DNA of 46,485 nucleotides, taken from an uncultured Mageeibacillus sp. Its GTDB lineage: Bacteria > Bacillota > Clostridia > Saccharofermentanales > DTU023. The position numbers and the translations under genes were made by a program. The stretch covers positions 1 through 46,485 of the forward strand of contig CAZUWY010000004.1 in the NCBI GenBank assembly GCA_964624395.1, written 5' to 3'. This document shows positions 26,552-36,486 of the stretch, piece after piece. The notes below the pieces were generated by a model. That model worked only from the letters and a program-made list of their open reading frames with translations, was not told the origin of the DNA and ran no database searches. Numbering within the stretch: the first letter of the stretch is position 1; the number at the start of each line of letters is the position of its first letter.

Positions 26552-27646
26552 CTAATTTTGAGCTTTATTTTCTCTCTCACTAGTGGAATAATCCGCAATC
26601 TTGGCACCCTGATAGAGATGGCAGATGGTGTAATGGCCGTCTTCCACTTCGTAGGTCGGCGGCGGTGGCTCAACTTTACAGATATCCATTACCTTGGGGC
26701 ATCTGGTATGGAATTTGCAGCCTGCCGGCGGATTAACCGGTGAGGGTATGGTTCCAGATAGAGGGATCTTGTCCGCCTTGTAGTCTGGGTCAGGAACCGG
26801 TATAGCGCTGAAGAGGGCCTGGGTATAGGGGTGAAGTGGGTTTCTGAATATATCTTCTTTGCTGCCCGTCTCCACCAGCTGGCCTAGGTACATGACGCTG
26901 ATCACATCTGAAATATGCTCGACAACTGACAGATCATGCGAGATGAAAATATAAGAGAGGCCCCGGCTTTCCTGCAGATCCATCAAAAGATTGATTATCT
27001 GGGCCTGCACGGAAACATCCAGAGCAGACACCGGTTCATCACAAACGATGAAATCAGGTTTAAGTGCAATTGCCCTGGCTATACAGATGCGCTGGCGCTG
27101 TCCGCCGGAGAATTCATGGGGGTAGCGATTGCGATGGTATGGCTGCAGGCCGCAGTCAATCATTACTTTATCAATATAGTCGTCAAACTCATCCTCGGGC
27201 ACCACTTTGTGCTCTCTGACTGCTTCGCCGATGATCTCACCGACAGGAAGTCTAGGTGAAAGGCTGGAGAATGGGTCTTGAAATATTATCTGCATCTGCG
27301 GTCTGATCCGCCTCAACTCCTCGCGGCTGAGGCTGTATAAATCCATCCCTTTAAAATAGACATCGCCTTCAGTTTTAGGGGTTAGGCGCAGGATAGATCT
27401 GCCGGCAGTCGTTTTGCCACAGCCGGACTCTCCGACCAGGCCCAGAGTTTTTCCCCGCTCCAGGTCAAAAGAAATACCATCCACTGCTTTGACCTGAGCT
27501 ACAACCCGCTGAAAGATGCCGTCTTTGACCGGGAAATAGGTCTTTAGTCCTCTAACCTTAAGCAGTGCTTCATCATTGGCTCTGGCTTCTATCTCAGCAG
27601 CAGCTGTTATCTCTGCCTGAGCGAGAGATTTATTATTTTCCAGCAT
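26552..27646 (-). CDS. oppF: oligopeptide/dipeptide ABC transporter ATP-binding protein (OppF type)
   Basis: Walker [10 protein letters not shown], signature FSGGQRQR, Walker [13 protein letters not shown], and a C-terminal oligopeptide-transporter Cys/His-rich extension ([12 protein letters not shown]). Confidence 0.9.
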   Translation of the reverse strand: MLENNKSLAQAEITAAAEIEARANDEALLKVRGLKTYFPVKDGIFQRVVAQVKAVDGISFDLERGKTLGLVGESGCGKTTAGRSILRLTPKTEGDVYFKGMDLYSLSREELRRIRPQMQIIFQDPFSSLSPRLPVGEIIGEAVREHKVVPEDEFDDYIDKVMIDCGLQPYHRNRYPHEFSGGQRQRICIARAIALKPDFIVCDEPVSALDVSVQAQIINLLMDLQESRGLSYIFISHDLSVVEHISDVISVMYLGQLVETGSKEDIFRNPLHPYTQALFSAIPVPDPDYKADKIPLSGTIPSPVNPPAGCKFHTRCPKVMDICKVEPPPPTYEVEDGHYTICHLYQGAKIADYSTSERENKAQN

Positions 27647-28833
27647 TATTTCACCACCCCTTCCTTGCCTATGATCTCCGAAGCCCTGTAGCAGGCGGCA
27701 AAATGTGTCGGAGAAAGCTGTTTAAGTTCAGGATAAGGGCCTTTGCAGATTTCTTTGGCATAATCGCAACGATCAAGAAAGTAGCAGTGATCGGGCAGAT
27801 CAATGGGATTGGGCACTTTGCCGGGTATTGAATAAAGTCTTTCCACTCTGCGGTTTATAACCGGTCTGGAGGCCATCAACCCAATTGTATAGGGATGGGC
27901 CGGAGTATGGAAAACCTCCCTCACAGTTCCGCGCTCAACAATCCTGCCGGCATACATGACTACGACAAAATCCGCCATCTCAGCTATGACACCTAGATCA
28001 TGAGTTATGAGCATGATGGAGCTGTTGATCTGATCTTTCAAATTGCGCAATATATCCAAGATCTGCGCCTGTATGGTCACATCAAGTGCTGTGGTCGGTT
28101 CATCGGCAATAATAAGGGCAGGATCGCAGGCCAGGGCCATGGCAATCATGGCTCTTTGCCTCATACCACCGGACAGCTCATGCGGGTACATGTTGTAGAC
28201 GCCTTTACTGTTAGCTATCTTGACCAGGTCAAACATTTGCACGGTACGCTGCTTCACCTGTTCCTTGGTCATCTGGGGATTATGCAGCTGAACAACCTCA
28301 TCCACCTGATCTCCCACTTTAAAGACAGGATTGAGGCTGGTCATCGGCTCCTGGAAAATCATGGATATAATATTGCCGCGGATCATGCGCATCATATCGA
28401 TAGGCATTTTCACCACATCGTAGACTTTCTCCTCCGACACCAAAAGACGTATCTCACCTTCAACAATCTGCCCGGTAGGTCTGGGAATAAGCTGCATGGT
28501 GGAAAGGCTGGTCACAGATTTGCCGCAGCCTGATTCTCCAACCACGCCGACTGTTTTACCGATCGGCATGTCAAAGCTCACTCCATCCACAGCCTTAACC
28601 GTACCGGTGTCAGTGAAAAAATAGGTGTGCAGATTATCTATCTCCAGCACATTTTCCGGATTTTTCATCTGACTGAGATATTCAGCCTCGGGTATATTCG
28701 TTCTCGAACGCAGGCGCTCAAATCTATTCATCACCTCGCGGTTGTGCTTTGCTATCACTCTTTGTTCTCTCGCAGAGAGATATTGTTTCTTTTGTTTTTT
28801 CTCTTTTTCTTTTCGCTTAAACATCCGTCTCAC
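27646..28833 (-). CDS. oppD: oligopeptide/dipeptide ABC transporter ATP-binding protein (OppD type) with basic N-terminal extension
   Basis: Walker [10 protein letters not shown], signature LSGGMRQR, Walker [14 protein letters not shown] roughly 60-aa K/R-rich N-terminal extension is present. The ATG at 28824 (AGGTGA 5 nt upstream) is a likely alternative to the GTG at 28833. There is a 1-nt TAATG overlap with oppF. Confidence 0.9.
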   Translation of the reverse strand: MRRMFKRKEKEKKQKKQYLSAREQRVIAKHNREVMNRFERLRSRTNIPEAEYLSQMKNPENVLEIDNLHTYFFTDTGTVKAVDGVSFDMPIGKTVGVVGESGCGKSVTSLSTMQLIPRPTGQIVEGEIRLLVSEEKVYDVVKMPIDMMRMIRGNIISMIFQEPMTSLNPVFKVGDQVDEVVQLHNPQMTKEQVKQRTVQMFDLVKIANSKGVYNMYPHELSGGMRQRAMIAMALACDPALIIADEPTTALDVTIQAQILDILRNLKDQINSSIMLITHDLGVIAEMADFVVVMYAGRIVERGTVREVFHTPAHPYTIGLMASRPVINRRVERLYSIPGKVPNPIDLPDHCYFLDRCDYAKEICKGPYPELKQLSPTHFAACYRASEIIGKEGVVK

Positions 28834-30645
28834 CTACCGTTTCATCCGTGGATCAAAGGCATCGCGCAAGCCGTCGCCGACAAAGTTAAAGGCCAAGACG
28901 GTGATAACAATGCATAGGCCGGCAGGGATCCAAAGCCAGGGGAAATTGTTCATATCGTAGGCCGTACTGACCCCGTTTATTATATTGCCCCAGGTTGCAG
29001 TCGGATATTTAACACCCAGACCGAGAAAACTCAAAGTCGATTCTGTAATGATCGTCGAACCAAGGCTCATGGTGGCCGTAACGATAAGCAGGGGGATAAC
29101 ATTGGGCACCAGATGCTTGAAAATCCGACGTCTAACCCTCAGCCCGGTAGCTTCAGCTGCAACCATGTATTCTTGTTCTCTCAGGGATAAAATCTGCCCT
29201 CTCACCATGCGGGCGATTCCAGCCCAGCTGAGAATTCCCAGTACTATCATCAAATAGAGTAATCGGGTATTGCCCTTGAGTTTTAATTCATCCATGATGG
29301 CTCCCAGGATAATTAAAATGGGCATGGTGGGGATGCAAAAGAAGATTTCGACCAGGCGCATGATGATCATGTCGATGACACCGCCGAAATAGCCGGCCAG
29401 GCCGCCCAGAATCACACCGATGAACATTTCAATCAATACGACGACAAAGCCCACCAGAAGGGACACTCTGCCCCCGTACATCAGTCTGGTGAACATATCC
29501 ATACCGGTGGCATCCGTACCCAGCAGATGCTCGCTGGACGGCGCTGAGCGCATATTGTAAATAGTGATTGTCTGCATCTCGCGCAAAACCCAGCGCTGGT
29601 ACCTGAGCTCAAAGATAAATTCACGCTCTTCACCATCTAGCGGGTAGCTAAAGGATTTTTCATTATTTTCAATGGCATCGATTGCGGCAACGACAAAACC
29701 TATCGGCAGATGAACATTTTGATTGAGAGCATTGACCATATGAGGAGATAAGGTGGCGTAGAGAGTGCCATCCTTCAAACTGACATCAACCTGATCATCG
29801 TGATTTACTTGTACCAGATAGGAAGTATCTGCAACTTCAATTTCATACTGGCCGGGCCCGGCTAAAGCTGCCTCTTCCACCGCCAGCTGAAATTCAAAAC
29901 TGTTTTTTGATGAAGCCTGATCGAAAGTCATCACATTATAGCTGGCCAGAGCAACCGGCCTGGTTGAATAAACGCGATAGGCCCTGCCGTCTTCTTCAAT
30001 AATATATGCCTCATCTGCAAAGACAATTTCGGACTGCCCTGTTTCAATTGCAGTAATAAGCGCTTCTTCAAGCCCAGGTGGTAAATTTGCTCCGTCTGCA
30101 GGTCTCAGCTTTTTACCTAATGTAATGAAATTAGTGATTTCAATGCCGGCATTGACGATATAGGCATTGTCAGACAAGCGATCAATATCAAAGATATTGC
30201 CAGCGTATTCATAGCTGCTTCTCCCCTCGCCAATTGCCTTAAGCATATACGCCCGGGCACCGGCAGGAAAATCTGCATTTTCTTTGACTAAAAAGCGCAG
30301 CTCTTCATTTTTTTGTACGCCGCCAAAATCCTGCAAACGCTGTTCCTTGGTATAGAAAATCTCCTGATATCCATAGGGTGAAAGCTCAGCGCCCACAAAA
30401 GAAAACAAGAACATAAAAAGAAGTATAACTACGCCCGCAACCGCCAGTCGATTGCGAATAAAGCGCCTGAAAACTAGGGCACTGGGAGAGAGCACCTTGA
30501 TTCTGCGCTCATCATCCAAGGCATACTCTTCATCTATTGCCTGTGATACAGCTTCAGCTGCTTCTATCAGCTCTTCTCTTTCTCTTTTATCCGCTTCTTC
30601 CTCAGCTAGGGCCAGGGCATCTTTTTTATTATCCAAATCGTTCAT
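28834..30645 (-). CDS. oppC: OppC-type ABC permease with a ~290-aa extracytoplasmic insertion between TM1 and TM2
   Basis: 603 aa. The C-terminal 220 aa carry the BPD-transporter permease core (LLGTDATGMDMFTRLMYGGRVSL...EYMVAAEATGL...). TM1 is at aa 65-90, and aa ~95-385 are soluble. Confidence 0.85.
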   Translation of the reverse strand: MNDLDNKKDALALAEEEADKREREELIEAAEAVSQAIDEEYALDDERRIKVLSPSALVFRRFIRNRLAVAGVVILLFMFLFSFVGAELSPYGYQEIFYTKEQRLQDFGGVQKNEELRFLVKENADFPAGARAYMLKAIGEGRSSYEYAGNIFDIDRLSDNAYIVNAGIEITNFITLGKKLRPADGANLPPGLEEALITAIETGQSEIVFADEAYIIEEDGRAYRVYSTRPVALASYNVMTFDQASSKNSFEFQLAVEEAALAGPGQYEIEVADTSYLVQVNHDDQVDVSLKDGTLYATLSPHMVNALNQNVHLPIGFVVAAIDAIENNEKSFSYPLDGEEREFIFELRYQRWVLREMQTITIYNMRSAPSSEHLLGTDATGMDMFTRLMYGGRVSLLVGFVVVLIEMFIGVILGGLAGYFGGVIDMIIMRLVEIFFCIPTMPILIILGAIMDELKLKGNTRLLYLMIVLGILSWAGIARMVRGQILSLREQEYMVAAEATGLRVRRRIFKHLVPNVIPLLIVTATMSLGSTIITESTLSFLGLGVKYPTATWGNIINGVSTAYDMNNFPWLWIPAGLCIVITVLAFNFVGDGLRDAFDPRMKR

Positions 30646-30654
30646 AAACCCCTC

Positions 30655-31647
30655 CTAACTTATACGTACGCGGGGATCAACCACTGCGTAGAGAATATCT
30701 TGGATTAAAAGGCCCACCAGCGTAAGAATGGACATAAAAGCCAGATAAAACATGGTAAAAGGCACATCGCCCTGAGTCATGCACTGATAAGATGTATAGC
30801 CTATACCTTCAATCTGAAACAAGGTCTCTGTGATCATTGCCCCGGAGAACAAAGTTGGCAAAGAGCCGCCCAAAATTGTGACCACCGGTATCAATGTGTT
30901 GCGGAAGGCATGGTGGTTGATAACTCTGCTTTCGGCAACGCCTTTAGCACGGGCGGTGCGGATATAATCGGAGTTTAACACTTCGAGCATATTGGTGCGG
31001 GTATAGCGCACCAGACCGCCGATGCTCAAGAAGACCAAAACCACAATCGGCAAAATAAAATGATAGCTGATATCCAGCGTCTGCCCAAAAGGCGAGAAGA
31101 ATTCATGATTTCTCGAGATCATGCCGTAAAGTGGAAACCAGCCCAGTTTGGTTGAAAACACATATTTGAGTATTTCAGCCAGAAAGAAGGTCGGGAAGGA
31201 AATAGTTATAAGGGAGAGGAAGGTAATCATATAGTCAGTCCGAGAATACTGCTTGACTGCAGCCTTAACCCCGAGAGGGATGGCTATCACTATATGCAAG
31301 ATAAACTGGATGATATTCAATACGACCGAATACCAGATTTTATCTTTAAACACAGCTGTCACAGGTCTTTTAAAATGCCAGCTCTCGCCAAAATTTCCCC
31401 GCACAGCCTCCCCGGCCCAGTTAACATAACCTTCTATATAACCATCTCTCATATGGTAGATTTCTTCCAGCTCATCAAGCCAGTCCTGATAGCTTCTACT
31501 GGTATCTGTAGCAGCTCTCTGCCTGGCAATGCTGGAAACATAACTGGTTGGGAGATTGCGCATTAGGATATAAATCAGCAGCGTCACACAAATGAGAATG
31601 AAAACGCTGATCAACAATCTTTTGATGATATATTTCCGCATACTCAC
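30655..31647 (-). CDS. oppB: OppB-type ABC permease
   Basis: 330 aa. N-terminal MRKYIIKRLLISVFILI and the EAA-loop region DYIRTARAKGVAESRVINHHAFRN are typical of OppB/DppB. Confidence 0.9.
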   Translation of the reverse strand: MSMRKYIIKRLLISVFILICVTLLIYILMRNLPTSYVSSIARQRAATDTSRSYQDWLDELEEIYHMRDGYIEGYVNWAGEAVRGNFGESWHFKRPVTAVFKDKIWYSVVLNIIQFILHIVIAIPLGVKAAVKQYSRTDYMITFLSLITISFPTFFLAEILKYVFSTKLGWFPLYGMISRNHEFFSPFGQTLDISYHFILPIVVLVFLSIGGLVRYTRTNMLEVLNSDYIRTARAKGVAESRVINHHAFRNTLIPVVTILGGSLPTLFSGAMITETLFQIEGIGYTSYQCMTQGDVPFTMFYLAFMSILTLVGLLIQDILYAVVDPRVRIS

Positions 31648-31695
31648 TATCCTTTACTACATTGGCACTATCTTTCCTGATTTCTAATGAAGATA

Positions 31696-31717
31696 AGCCC
31701 GCCGCTAGCGGCGGGCT
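31696..31717 (-). promoter_or_regulatory. intercistronic GC-rich stem-loop between oppA and oppB
   Basis: Perfect palindrome AGCCCGCCG-CTAG-CGGCGGGCT (9-bp stem). There is no adjacent U-tract on either strand. Confidence 0.6.
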
Positions 31718-31753
31718 CATGCGACTTAGTTTGAAAAACAGTCTTTGTAGAAG

Positions 31754-31782
31754 ATCAGGGCATAGCTAAGCCATGCCCTGAT
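31754..31782 (-). promoter_or_regulatory. intercistronic stem-loop immediately downstream of the oppA stop
   Basis: ATCAGGGCAT-N9-ATGCCCTGAT (10-bp stem), with no adjacent U-tract. Confidence 0.6.
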
Positions 31783-31798
31783 TTAAAGAACGATCTAA

Positions 31799-34450
31799 TT
31801 AGTTCATCTCCAATTTATAGAGTTCAGCCATCCAGCCATAGAAAGGAGTTACATCAGTCGGCAGTGTATCGATCTTGACACGCTCGGGGCTGAAGATTAC
31901 ACCCTCTTTTCTCTGGTAGTTAGGTACTTCAACCGCCCATTCAATGATCTTATCCAGGCAGGTTTTGTACATCTCTTTACGGAAGGCCATATCGGCACTG
32001 CTTCTAGCATCCATGATCCACTGGTCAAGTTCTGCGTCAGCGATGTGGTAATGGTTGCTGTTGGTGCCGCCTTTGCCGACAATATTGCTGCTGTGGTAGA
32101 CCTGATACATATCAGGATCAATGGTGGCGCCCCAGGCAGCTGTCCACATCTCTTGCTCACCAGAGTCTAGCTTGTTCCAAAGCACGTTGGAGTCAGCCGG
32201 ATCATTGATATCGAGAGTAATACCGATTGGTTCGAGGAGCTCACTGGCTGCAGATACGACACCGTATGCAGGGTGATCGCCAACGCCGTCAGCGGGAATT
32301 ACGATCTCGTAATCGAGCTTGGCGCCTTCAGGTGCAGCGGTGAATTTGCCGGCATCTTCATCAAAGGTAAAGCCTGCGGCCTTGAAGAAGCCAATAGCAG
32401 CTTCAACAGCAGCTTCTTTTTCTTCATCGTTGCTCATATCCTCTGTGTAGATCGGCTCACCGTCAACATTAACAGAGAAGGCTCTCTGGTAACCCTCGTC
32501 AGCGGGACGCGGGGCAGCCCAGGAGGTGTTAGAGATCGGGTACTCAATTGTCATGGCACGATCACCGTAGTAGGAATCATTGGTGACATAACGGAGTTGA
32601 GCAAAAACAGTGGCAAAGGCTCTGCGCAGATTCTTGGACTCTGCGGAAGCGGGATCTTTTCCTACCAGTACTGTGTCGGCATTGATACCGATATAGCCGT
32701 AGCCGAGGAAATCGTAAAGCAGGGTTGAGATCTTGTCGCCGTCGATTTCGTCACTGCCGTTGGCTTCCTTGATTTCATTAATGGTGGCCTCGTTGAAAGT
32801 CGGCACCATGGCATCAATTGTGCCACCCACTACGCCCTGTACGGCGTCAGTAGATTTGGTTTCACGGAACTGGACATAGTTGATCTTCGGAGCTCCGAGA
32901 TAATAATCCTCGTTGGCCTCAAAGAAAACTGTCTTGTTTTCGTATTTGACATATTTGTAAGGTCCTGCACCGAGTGGGAAGTCCGTTTTGTCGGTGATTG
33001 TATCTTGATTCTTAAATTCAAAACCAAATTTATTATTGTCATAGTCGAACAAAGAAGCATCGCCATAATAATGCAGCGGTGTAACTTGGATACCAAGTTT
33101 ATAAACTGCAGAGGCATCATAGCCTTTGACGGTAATTTCAAATTCTTTGTCACTCAGTTTCTTGATTCCTGCAATATTGGGTACGCCGCCTTCTTCAGCA
33201 GTCTCGTCCTTGGGACCCCATTCAAGAATGAAGTTTTGCTCCAGCTCAGTAACGTTGGGGCGCAGATCTGCACCGATCTCAACAGAAGCGGCCTTGTAGG
33301 GATTGTTACCATAAGCAGCCATCAGAGCATCATACCAGTCATCAGCAGTCGGATATTCATCATTGGTGAAATCCCACTCTTTTTCATAAACACCTTCGAT
33401 CACTGTGCTGAAACCGACAACTTCATCGTCTTCTTCAACTGGATCACCAAAGCCCCATAGGAGCATGGCCCAGGCAGTACGCAAGCCGTCATTTTCCCCT
33501 AATGTTTCGGGATCGGAATCGATCAGACCGGCATAGCTGTTGGCATATGTACCGTAGATGAACTCTACCAGCGGTCCAACCTGTTCTTTAAGCAAGGTCT
33601 GGTCGACATATTCTTTAACCCAGGCAAGCTGATCAGCTGTAAAGCTGTCGCCTTCCTGCCATTCATAATCCCAGCCCAGGCCTTCGGCATCTTCGGCGGG
33701 AGATAGTTTGGCCATCATATCGGCGAATATGTCTGCATATTTCTCACTCAGTTCGGCAGATGTCTGCGTCCGGTATTCATTCATACCAATAATGGGAACT
33801 GAATAGAGGGTAGAGGAACCTGTATACATCGGGTCTGAAAAAGCGTAATAGGTGAAAATTACGTCATCAATTGTCAGGGGCTCCCCGTCGCTGAATCTAA
33901 TGTCATCACGGATGGTGAAGTGGTAGATTGTCTCCTCAATCACACCGTCATCATTTTCGTCAACAGTTTCGATCTCAAGATTGGAAACAGCGTAATATGT
34001 ATAGGGAACGCCATTATACTCAGAGACCTGGCCTTCTGGTTTTCCGGCATTGAGCATCAGCTCACCGGCACGGTCATTTGTAATCAGGGCCACCTGTGTC
34101 ATATCAGCCACATCTCTGTCATAGGCTGTGTCTGCATAATAAGGACTAAATTTTTGGGAGAATTGATTGTATCCCACGACCAGAGGTGTGTCTGAAGCCG
34201 GCTCTTCTGTAGGCTCTTCCTCTTCAACTTCCTCCGGGGGTGCTTCCGTTTCTACTGGTGTCTCTTCGGTAGGTTTTTCCGGTGCATCAGTAGCTTCAGG
34301 CTCTGGTTTATCTGTCTTTGCTGGTTCTGTCTTCTCCGGCTCAGCAGGTGTTTCAATTTCGCCAACTTCCTTGCTGCTACATGCCGCCAAAAGACCAACC
34401 ACCATGACTATTGCCAGAAGCAATGCGAACATTTTGGTTTTCTTGCTCAT
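31799..34450 (-). CDS. oppA: family-5 (OppA/DppA type) substrate-binding lipoprotein, unusually large
   Basis: 883 aa. Signal peptide plus lipobox (VVGLLAAC-S), then an acidic P/E/T-rich tether, then SBP family-5-like sequence (LVVGYNQFSQKFSPYY..., FSDGEPLTIDDVIFTY...). Confidence 0.85.
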   Translation of the reverse strand: MSKKTKMFALLLAIVMVVGLLAACSSKEVGEIETPAEPEKTEPAKTDKPEPEATDAPEKPTEETPVETEAPPEEVEEEEPTEEPASDTPLVVGYNQFSQKFSPYYADTAYDRDVADMTQVALITNDRAGELMLNAGKPEGQVSEYNGVPYTYYAVSNLEIETVDENDDGVIEETIYHFTIRDDIRFSDGEPLTIDDVIFTYYAFSDPMYTGSSTLYSVPIIGMNEYRTQTSAELSEKYADIFADMMAKLSPAEDAEGLGWDYEWQEGDSFTADQLAWVKEYVDQTLLKEQVGPLVEFIYGTYANSYAGLIDSDPETLGENDGLRTAWAMLLWGFGDPVEEDDEVVGFSTVIEGVYEKEWDFTNDEYPTADDWYDALMAAYGNNPYKAASVEIGADLRPNVTELEQNFILEWGPKDETAEEGGVPNIAGIKKLSDKEFEITVKGYDASAVYKLGIQVTPLHYYGDASLFDYDNNKFGFEFKNQDTITDKTDFPLGAGPYKYVKYENKTVFFEANEDYYLGAPKINYVQFRETKSTDAVQGVVGGTIDAMVPTFNEATINEIKEANGSDEIDGDKISTLLYDFLGYGYIGINADTVLVGKDPASAESKNLRRAFATVFAQLRYVTNDSYYGDRAMTIEYPISNTSWAAPRPADEGYQRAFSVNVDGEPIYTEDMSNDEEKEAAVEAAIGFFKAAGFTFDEDAGKFTAAPEGAKLDYEIVIPADGVGDHPAYGVVSAASELLEPIGITLDINDPADSNVLWNKLDSGEQEMWTAAWGATIDPDMYQVYHSSNIVGKGGTNSNHYHIADAELDQWIMDARSSADMAFRKEMYKTCLDKIIEWAVEVPNYQRKEGVIFSPERVKIDTLPTDVTPFYGWMAELYKLEMN

Positions 34451-34553
34451 TTTTTCCTCCTATTACTAATGATTTATAGAGTAATCAATTCATACATCTA
34501 TTCACTTTAAAAAATCTACACCGAAATGCAGTAAATAGATGCAGTGTTTTAGT

Positions 34554-34584
34554 ATTATACCATGTTAGATTTGTCGCTTGTCAA
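34554..34584 (-). promoter_or_regulatory. candidate promoter of the opp operon
   Basis: The minus strand reads TTGACA (34584-34579), a 19-nt spacer ending in TGG, then TATAAT (34559-34554). Both hexamers are consensus but the spacer is long. Confidence 0.45.
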
Positions 34585-34662
34585 TTTAGCGTAACAATAG
34601 TCCTATGCTACGCTTTTGCCAAAAGATTGTTATTTTGCTCCCCAAACTAGTGATAATCTTCC

Positions 34663-34866
34663 TCAAAACAGCTTGCTTAGAATAATTGCAAATACCAGGA
34701 CAGCAAGCAAACTGACTATATACCAGATGGTAGCAGCCCTTTCCCTTCCCTCTGCCGAACAGCAGCCGCAGCCGCCACAGCTTTGCCGGTTTTGCTCATC
34801 CTGCTGGCCTAAGTCAGCTCGCAAAGTCTGCTCAAGATCTTCCTCTTTGTCATCTTTATTATCCAT
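34663..34866 (-). CDS. small Cys-rich tail-anchored protein (acidic N-terminus, CGGCGCC cluster, C-terminal TM)
   Basis: 67 aa: MDNKDDKEEDLEQ...SCGGCGCCSAEG...IWYIVSLLAVLVFAIILSKLF. GGAAGG lies 7 nt upstream of the ATG. Confidence 0.5.
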   Translation of the reverse strand: MDNKDDKEEDLEQTLRADLGQQDEQNRQSCGGCGCCSAEGRERAATIWYIVSLLAVLVFAIILSKLF

Positions 34867-35136
34867 AAATATACCTTCCAGTCTTTTTGCCTGGGCAATT
34901 GGTCTAATTTGCCAGCTATTTTTAACCTATCGTAATCTTTAACAGCTTTATCTGCTGAAATAATCCTATTATTTATTTTTAATAGCAAAAATTACTACAT
35001 AAGTTAAATAATTAATATTTCATTTTCATGTCGTTCTCTGTATATTGTTCACAAATTGTTGTCTGTTTTAACTTGTTTGAGTAATACTTTTATCCTATCA
35101 TAATAGTAGCTAAAACTACATTAACGGAGGAATGCC

Positions 35137-35682
35137 ATGATCGGCAAACATATTGAAGACTTTCTCTATGACAACACCTCTGAGCTCATGCTCGAAGCCA
35201 GCGCCGTAGCTACAGTTGGCACTGAAAATACACTTTTACACGCATTGATGGTTCTATCTTCAGTCGGTTACAGCTCCATACCTGTAACGGACAATCTTGG
35301 TTTTTTAAAAGGAATTTTATCCCTGGCTATGATCATCAATGGAGTCAAGGATACTGAAAATTATGAATGGGATCAGCTTGCTGAGCGGCAGGTCAAGGAA
35401 GTGATGGAGGTAAATCCTCCTCTGGTACTGGAGGGAGCCGAGCTAGAAGATATTCTTCATCTTCTGGTAGATGACAACTATCTTTGTGTTGTTGACAGAA
35501 ATGGGAAATTCGCAGGAATTATTACCAGAAAATCCATGTTTAAAAAGATCAATCATTTCGCACATGAGTTTGAATTGACGCATGAGGTCAAGCGCATAGA
35601 CGAGGAGAGAATCGAAGCAGCAATCGTTGCGCCTGTAGCTGAAAGAAGATCTGCAGCTTCAGCCCTGCGCAGCATCTGGTAA
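35137..35682 (+). CDS. CBS-pair domain protein (CbpB/YkuL-like)
   Basis: 181 aa with two CBS motifs (GYSSIPVTDNLGFLKGILS and NYLCVVDRNGKFAGIITRKS). GGAGGA Shine-Dalgarno sequence upstream. Confidence 0.75.
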   Translation: MIGKHIEDFLYDNTSELMLEASAVATVGTENTLLHALMVLSSVGYSSIPVTDNLGFLKGILSLAMIINGVKDTENYEWDQLAERQVKEVMEVNPPLVLEGAELEDILHLLVDDNYLCVVDRNGKFAGIITRKSMFKKINHFAHEFELTHEVKRIDEERIEAAIVAPVAERRSAASALRSIW

Positions 35683-35705
35683 ATTAGCAAATCTTTGTCT
35701 CTGGC

Positions 35706-35739
35706 AAAGAGCAGTGCTGGGCACTGCTCTTTGTTTTAT
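35706..35739 (+). terminator. rho-independent terminator after the CBS gene
   Basis: AAAGAGCAGTGC-TGG-GCACTGCTCTTT (12-bp stem) followed by GTTTTAT. Confidence 0.7.
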
Positions 35740-35776
35740 CGCGAAATTAAGTTCTCCATTAATATGCGGATCGAAA

Positions 35777-36409
35777 TCAGTCGGTAATTTTTCCTTCGGC
35801 AGCCTCAAGAATCTTATCGAAGGGCTGATCGCCAACCAGTTCAAGACCATTGGAAAACACAATTTTCGGCACAACTGAAATATTATTTTCAGCTGAAAAC
35901 TCTGGGAAGGTGCTGGCTTCAACCATTTCTGCAACTATATTAGGATTGAGCATGGCCAGCTTGTGCGCTTTAATCACTGCGCCGGGGCAGTGAGGGCAGC
36001 CCATAGTGACAAAGACATTGATCTTGAGAGGATCTTCAATCTGCAAAATTCTCTCTTCAAATTCCTCCGGCAAATCTTGCCCAATGCCCCCTATTTCCAA
36101 GAGGGCGGAAATAAATGAATTGATTTCATGCCCTGCCGGTATGCCGGAGAAGCGAACGCCTAGATCCTTCCCATCTTCAGCGGTTAGATTGAGCCCTGGC
36201 ATTCTCTCAATGCCCAGTTCCTTTACCCTGTCGCTTTCTTGCCCATAATAGCTGCAGCTAAGCTTATCCGATAATGAGCAAAGCTCCTGGGCAAATTCAA
36301 CCATATCTGTCTCTTCGTTCTGATCGAATATCTCGATGCGGACTTTATTTTCCAGATGGTCAAATATCTCTTTAATCTGTTCTTTGTTCTCCTCAGTAAA
36401 AATTGACAT
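35777..36409 (-). CDS. two-thioredoxin-fold protein disulfide oxidoreductase / glutaredoxin-like protein (AhpF N-terminal-domain-like), CPHC active site
   Basis: 210 aa. The second half contains VFVTMGCPHCPGAVIKAHKLA. The first half has a thioredoxin-like pattern without CxxC. This is the architecture of the AhpF N-terminal domain and of PDO/Grx-like proteins. Confidence 0.7.
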   Translation of the reverse strand: MSIFTEENKEQIKEIFDHLENKVRIEIFDQNEETDMVEFAQELCSLSDKLSCSYYGQESDRVKELGIERMPGLNLTAEDGKDLGVRFSGIPAGHEINSFISALLEIGGIGQDLPEEFEERILQIEDPLKINVFVTMGCPHCPGAVIKAHKLAMLNPNIVAEMVEASTFPEFSAENNISVVPKIVFSNGLELVGDQPFDKILEAAEGKITD

Positions 36410-36486
36410 ATTTTTTCTCCATTTTTGATTATTTTAAGCTCGTCAGGATTCCATATAAGCAAAAGCTGATAAGCAATTTAATATCT

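Noticed and set aside
34616-34942. 108-aa plus-strand ORF antisense to the small Cys-rich peptide gene
   Set aside because: It has no RBS and a proline/serine-rich irregular sequence. The minus-strand 67-aa ORF has a good RBS and a coherent architecture (acidic segment, Cys cluster, TM).
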